From Dictyostelium discoideum (taxonomy: Eukaryota), in NCBI GenBank assembly GCA_000004695.1, contig CM000151.3:1248001-1312000 (forward strand): 64,000 bases of DNA, written 5' to 3'. The position numbers and the translations under genes are program-made. The notes under the pieces are model-generated. The model was not told where the DNA came from. It saw only the letters and a list, made by a program, of their open reading frames with translations, and did no database searches. Below are positions 58,175 through 64,000 of the stretch, piece after piece (position 1 is the first letter of the stretch; every line of letters begins with the position of its first letter).

Positions 58175-61100
58175 TTCCCATTAAACGTCATAATATAATA
58201 TATAGATTTTTACAAAATTTAAATATTTCAAAAGAACTTGTATTTTATCAATTCCCACAAACAATTTATGATGTAACATATAATTATGAAAACTATGCTT
58301 GTAGTCCAATTGATCAAAAATTACCTGATATTCCAACTTTGTAAGTATATGGATATATATTTTTTTTTGACTAAATAAAAAAGTAATCTAAAATAATATT
58401 TTATTTTTAGTAATTTTAATTGTAAATCCATTTCCGGAACAACAATAAAAATATCGCACATAATGAAACAGAGAGTTTTTAATTTAAAATATAGTTACGT
58501 ATATTTTGAAAATGATGTTATTGCAACTCATAATATCTCAATGTCTACATTTACAGCAACTTCATTAAACTTTGCAGACTTTTCAAACTTTCAGAGTTTA
58601 CAAACTATCTATATATATTTTAATCAAGATTTTGTTATTTCATCAATCCAAAACTTTTCAACCATTAAATCAAATTCCCTACATATAGAGCACGACACAG
58701 GTATTTTGTATCCATTTTATATACCATTAAATAATTCCACTCAGTTGCTATCAATGGCCGCACTTTTTGAAAAACCAATTTCATTAATAAATCTTTCAAC
58801 TTATGGTTTTAAGCAACTGCATCTTTTGCATGTTGGAAACGAGTTTAATTTAAATGGTGAGATTCCGATAATTCCACCTCTTAGTTGCGATTTTTTAATA
58901 TTCTATGGCAATTTTAATGTATTTCCAAATTTTTCAATTATTACAGGATCTTTTAGTTCTTATCAGTCAAACTTTTCAATTGCTTTACCACCATATTCAG
59001 GTAAAGGTGCAATGGTCTCTCTAATAAACAATAACCTTTTTGGAACAATTGATGAATCTTGGTGCAATGTCAATTTGGTAATTTATAATAATAAATTAAC
59101 AGGGTATGTTTAAAAAAATATAAAATTAATAATTTATTCAAATTTAAACATATCTAACTTATTTTTTTATAATAAAAAGAAAAATACCTTCATGTTTTAC
59201 TTGTTATTTTTCAGTCGCATCTTTTTTTAATTATTTTTCTGGTAACCAATTTACAAACTACAACCAATCAATTGGATGCTCTGAATTTGCACCAAGATTT
59301 CAATTATTAGACATTTCAACCAAAACTTTCCGTGTAACAGGTATTAATATAGGTTTTAATTCTAGATATTGGTTATTAAACTCAGTTGACTTTCCATATA
59401 GTACCAACGTTATCTCAATGGGATATGAATATGTTGTGATGTACTTATTTGCAATAATACCTAATCCAAAATACTTTAATGTTACATTTGTGCATCCAGC
59501 ACCATCACGAACAATATACTTCCCTCTTGGTGATCAATTCCCAAATCCAACCGGTATTAAAATAACATCAAATCAATTAATAATTACAGGTGAATTATTT
59601 TCAAGTTATATGGGTTACTCAAATCAATCAGTCCAATTTGAAGAAACATCTACTAATTGTACAATAAAAGATGGTAATTTCTTTAATATAACTTGTGAAT
59701 TTGTACCATCATCTATTTCTACCTTAACATACCCAACAATCATTAAAATTAAAAATGATAATTTAATAAGAAGAGTAATTGTCAATCCATTAATTGGACA
59801 ACTAAATCAAATTCCATGTCCTAATAATTGCGATGATATTAGTAATAGTATTTGTGATCTTTCTCAGGGTATTTGTGTCAAATCTTGTAAAAATGATTGT
59901 GGAATATTCGGTGAATGTAATGATCAAACTGGAGAATGTGATTGTGATTCAAATCATCAAGGTCCAAATTGTTCTATACCATTTATGCAATGTCCAACAG
60001 GTTCAAATTCTTTAATTTGTAGTAGTGCAGATTACAATATGTGTAACAATCAAACTGGTATTTGTACATGTTCTCAAAATCAACAAGGTCAAGATTGTTC
60101 ATTACCATTTAAGCAATGTCCAGTTGGTTCAGATTCGTTAATATGCAGTGGAGGTAATAACAATTGTAACAATCAAACAGGTGTTTGTACTTGTTCTTCA
60201 AGTCAACAAGGTCAAGATTGCTCATTACCATTTAAACAATGTCCAGTTGGTTTGGATTCGTTAATATGTAGTGGAGGTAATAACAATTGTAACAATCAAA
60301 CTGGTATTTGTTATTGCGACAGTAAATTTACTAATATTGACTGTTCAAAACCAAATCAATATATATCATCTGTTTCACCATCAAATACAAATGGAGGTGA
60401 AGCATCATTTTTTGGTTGGTTTGGAGATATTCATTCAAATCCATCATTATTAATTGGAAATCAACAATGTCAACCAATTACATATAATTCTTCAATCGAA
60501 ATTAGATGTATTGCACCACCAGGTAATGGAGTATATGATATTACTTTTAATCAAAATGATATCATGTATAAATTAAGAAATGGTTATAGCTACCTCGAAA
60601 TTTTTAAAAATTGTCCAAACAATTGTACAAATTCAAATCAAGGAAATTGCAATACTTCAAATGGAGAATGTAATTGTATAAACAATTATTACTCATTCGA
60701 TTGTAGTTTAAAAAGAAATAATAATACAGGTGGTAACAATGGTGGTAATCCCTCGATTGATCCATCAACAGGTGGAACTAATATTACTGATAATCAAGTA
60801 AATTTCCAAATTTATTTTAAAAATTTATTTGAAATCGATTTCAACGGTAATATTGTAAATCAATATTCATTACAAAGTAATTGGACTCTCAATAAGACTA
60901 AAGATTCACAAGAAAATAATATTTATAAATTAACACAAATCATTCAACAATCATGTGAAATTATAACATTGATAGAAGAAGTTTCAACATCTAAACAATA
61001 TTCATTTGCAGGCTCAACATTCACATTAGATGCTGGTTCAATTAAATTAACAATTTCAATATCAAATTATATTTATAAAAGCAGTTTAAATACATTACAA

Positions 61101-61568
61101 CTTCAATTAATATCATCAGTAGATAATGAAAATGAAGGATCAGATTGTAATATTAAACAAGTTTCTACAAATGAAACCAATACATCCTCATTTAAATATA
61201 TTAAAATTTCAAAAGATAATAGAGTCCTTCAAGGTAGATTCATTAATCAAATACTATCAGATGGAAGACCAACATATTTATCAATTGATGTTAATAATAA
61301 TGGTAATTCAGTAATTGCAACATTAAATCTACCACATTTTGTAAATCAATCAATTATCGATCCAGACTTTTCAGTTTTACTCGAAACTGATTTTAAATCG
61401 GAATGTGACAATAAAAACTCTCGTAAATGGTTAATACCAGTTGCTGTGGCAGTCCCAATCGTTGGTCTTTGTTCTATTGGAGTGATTGTATATTTTTTAT
61501 ATAGAAAACATTTTATTGAAATACCTCTAAAAGTAAAATTAGCAAGTATTGGAAATAAAACAAAATAA
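57874..61568 (+). CDS. Copy 2 of the LRR, EGF-like, TM paralog family. It has an intact ORF from mid exon A through the stop, with the 5' signal-peptide exon disrupted by the inversion. Exons: ~57874..57946, 58046..58135, 58206..58340, 58411..59103, 59180..61568.
   Basis: Collinear with copy 1 and carries the same splice sites. LRR exon D is 58411..59103. Exon E is continuous through the five Cys repeats, the TM helix and the stop at 61568, with no frameshift here. In direct orientation, the sequence upstream of 57874 is the inverted promoter rather than the start of exon A. Confidence 0.6.
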
Positions 61569-61840
61569 ATAAATAAAAAACTTTTACATTAAAAAGTAAA
61601 ATTGTTCCTATTATTTTATTTTTTAATTTATTTGTAAATATCATTTAATAGATTAAGTTTTTATTTTTATTTTTTTTTTTTTTTTTTTTTGTTTTTATTT
61701 TTATTTTTAGGTTTAATTAATTAATTAATTTTCATTTATAAAATCATTATAAAATGAAACTTTATTTATACTTTATTAATTTTTAATATAATAAAATACT
61801 GATAATACAAATATTTATTTTTTGATGCAAGTTAACATTT

Positions 61841-62637
61841 TTATAATCTATTTGAGCTTGATGGGATTGAAACTTTGCCAGAACAAGTATCAAAACCATC
61901 AACTTCAGGGCAATCCATAATTGAGAGTGTTTTTTTATCAATACATAATGCAATAGTTGATAATTTATTATTATCACATTGCATAACTGGTTGGCCACCA
62001 AATTGACTATTAATTGCACTTGAAATTGAATCGGATTCATAGGTATCTTGATCTGATGGGTAAATATTTTCTGAAATTAATGCAGATGTTAAATTATGTT
62101 GAGTATATAATTTGAGACCAGCAACAAAATAATCATGTTCATTTGAAATTGGTGAACCTGCTACAACTGCGCATGTACCTATAGATAAATAAATAAATTA
62201 ATTGGTTAAATTATTTATTATTTTTTATTTATTATTTATTATTTATTATTTATTATTTATTATTATTTATTTTTAATATTGAATATTAAGTGTACACATA
62301 CCATGTTTTTTATATTCACTTGTCCAGAATAAATCATTATCTTCAGTTAATGAAATCCAATCAACATTTAATTGATCTTCTAAATCTGAAATTTCACCTA
62401 AATCAAATGATGGACCAGTACAGAAAGCTGGATAGGAGTTGTTTCTGTCGTTTGGCCATAATCCATGAATTGTAAATGCTTCTCTTTCTTTATTTTCAAT
62501 ACATTTGCTTTCACTACAATATGAATAAATCCATTGTTGAACGAATAAATAGTAATCAAAATCACCCGGCGTTGTATCTGATGAACCTGATGATGAATCC
62601 CATCTAGTTTCGTTTGAATTTACTATTTTAAATTATA

Positions 62638-62718
<81 letters not shown>

Positions 62719-62835
62719 TAGTTAAATATTAATATATATATAGTAATTTATATTAAAATGTTAAAAATTATATATCTTCATACCTGATAAAACAATTAAT
62801 AGTACAGATAAAATTAAAATAATTAATTTATTCAT
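61841..62835 (-). CDS. Ribonuclease T2 family, secreted, three exons: 62835..62784, 62622..62302, 62178..61841
   Basis: Signal peptide MNKLIILILSVLLIVLS. CAS I motif FTIHGLWP. CAS II motif LFWTSEYKKHG|TCAV is split by intron 2 (62301..62179, GTATGT..CTATAG). Intron 1 (62783..62623, GTATGA..AAATAG) holds an (ATT)n repeat. The C-terminal Cys pattern is typical of T2 RNases. The ORF-track ORFs 61783..62040(-) and 62290..62475(+) are out of frame or antisense. Confidence 0.8.
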
Positions 62836-62863
62836 TTTTAATTATTTTTTTTTTAAAAGAGTG

Positions 62864-62907
<44 letters not shown>

Positions 62908-63272
62908 GATTGTTTTACGAGTGGTTTAAAAAATTAATTTTTTTTTTTTTTTTTATTTTTATTTTTTATTTTTAAATAATTTTTGTACAATAAATGACCC
63001 GAAAAGAATATTCTAAACCAAAAAGAAAATTCTGTTAATGTTAAACCTGAAAATATTTTTTTTTTTTTTTAATTATTTTATGTACTAAATTCATATTAAA
63101 ATGAATGACAAATAAAATAAATTGTAAAAAAAAAAAAAATTAAAAAAATAAAATGATTAAATTCATTTTTTTTATTTTATATCATTTTGTATATTTTTAT
63201 ATACTAAATTCATGTTAAAAATAAATATAATTAATTTTTGTGGTTTCGCATTCTCCCCTCACAAAAATTTAC

Positions 63273-63305
<33 letters not shown>

Positions 63306-63861
63306 ATTCACAGAAAAAATAAAAAAAAAAGAGCATTCAAAGTAAAAAAAAAAAAAAAAAAAATGGAAATAAAATGAAAAAATAGCAAAGATTAAATTTT
63401 AATTTTTTTTTTTTTTTTTTTTTTTGTTTTTAACATAAAGATGAAAAATAATCATTTCAGATTTTTATTTTTCAAAGGTCATTGACGTCACCAAAAAAAA
63501 AAAAGGAAGGAGCTGTGCATTGAGGACTTTGGTTAGATATTAAAAAAAAAAAAAATCAAATCTTTTTATTCCCAATATAAATATCTCAATATTTTTATTT
63601 TTTTTTTATTATTTTTTTTTTTTTTTTTTTTTTTTTTTCAAAAATCAGATTACCGTATCATTTTCAAATAAAACCAATTTAATTATCAAAATAAATTATT
63701 AAAAAAAAAAATATGTTTTTTTTTCCCTGTTGGAGGATATTTTTTTTTGTCAACAATAAAAAAAAAAAAAAAACCCATTAATTATTTTCATATTTTTCAT
63801 TTTGTTTTTTTTTTTTCCTAATATTTTTTTTTTGATTTTAAGTTAATACTTAGATTTTAAA

Positions 63862-64000
63862 TGGGTAAATTTATTATTTGTTTTTTATTGTGTTCAATGT
63901 TTTTTTGTTATGTTAATTGCATTGAACCTCCAATAGATGAATATGACTGTTTCCTTAATTTTATTACAAAAATAAACTTTTTGTCAATTTTTCCAAAAAC
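63862..64000 (+). CDS. Start of a third paralog of the LRR, EGF-like, TM family (signal-peptide exon), 3' partial at the window edge
   Basis: ATGGGTAAATTTATTATTTGTTTTTTATTGTGTTCAATGTTTTTTTGTTATGTTAATTGCATTGAACCTCCAATAGATGAATATGACTGTTTCCTTAATTTTATTACAAAAATAAAC.. gives MGKFIICFLLCSMFFCYVNCIEPPIDEYDCFLNFITKIN. That is 85-90% identical to copy-1 exon A and in the same direct orientation. Confidence 0.7.

Noticed and set aside
61783-62475. ORFs 61783..62040(-) and 62290..62475(+)
   Set aside because: They are out of frame with, or antisense to, the RNase T2 exons and have no motifs.
63241-63275. DUSE-like element (tctcccctcacaaaaa) suggesting a ncRNA promoter
   Set aside because: It is an imperfect match to the [AT]CCCA[CT]AA consensus, and no plausible ncRNA sits about 60 nt downstream.

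Overview
Extremely AT-rich eukaryotic nuclear DNA (roughly 22-25% GC), typical of Dictyostelium. It has long poly(A)/poly(T) intergenic tracts, (AAT)n, (ATT)n and (CAA)n repeats that encode polyN and polyQ inside genes, and short AT-rich GT..AG introns (68-250 nt). One assembly gap of 90 N lies at 8634-8723. Bacterial-style features (operons, RBS, CRISPR) do not apply. The ORF track uses alternative start codons (GTG and TTG shown as M) and ignores introns, so most gene models here were rebuilt by hand from splice signals and protein-family motifs.

I can support about 22 protein-coding genes. Most are conserved housekeeping genes: a Rad5/HLTF-like SNF2-RING helicase, a C2-ankyrin-TKL kinase with six exons, RPS29, SPT6, importin-alpha, an RRM protein, SmB, an amidinotransferase-fold enzyme, SBDS, NudE, a C2 protein, a LYR protein, a small protein with an N-terminal mitochondrial-presequence-like region, TAF9, TFIIH p44, a small membrane protein and RNase T2.

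Two accessory regions stand out:
- At 11.7-21.7 kb, a giant signal-peptide, Pmp-like beta-helix, Cys-rich, multi-pass membrane gene sits next to a frameshifted tandem pseudogene copy of itself.
- At 52.4-64 kb, a tandem family of at least three paralogs encodes signal-peptide, plant-type LRR, EGF-like Cys repeat, single-TM proteins. Copy 1 carries a frameshifting indel. In copy 2 the promoter and signal-peptide exon lie in an inverted segment flanked by inverted repeats of about 100 bp.

There is also an orphan MOB-family exon next to the assembly gap, and a possible small two-exon gene.
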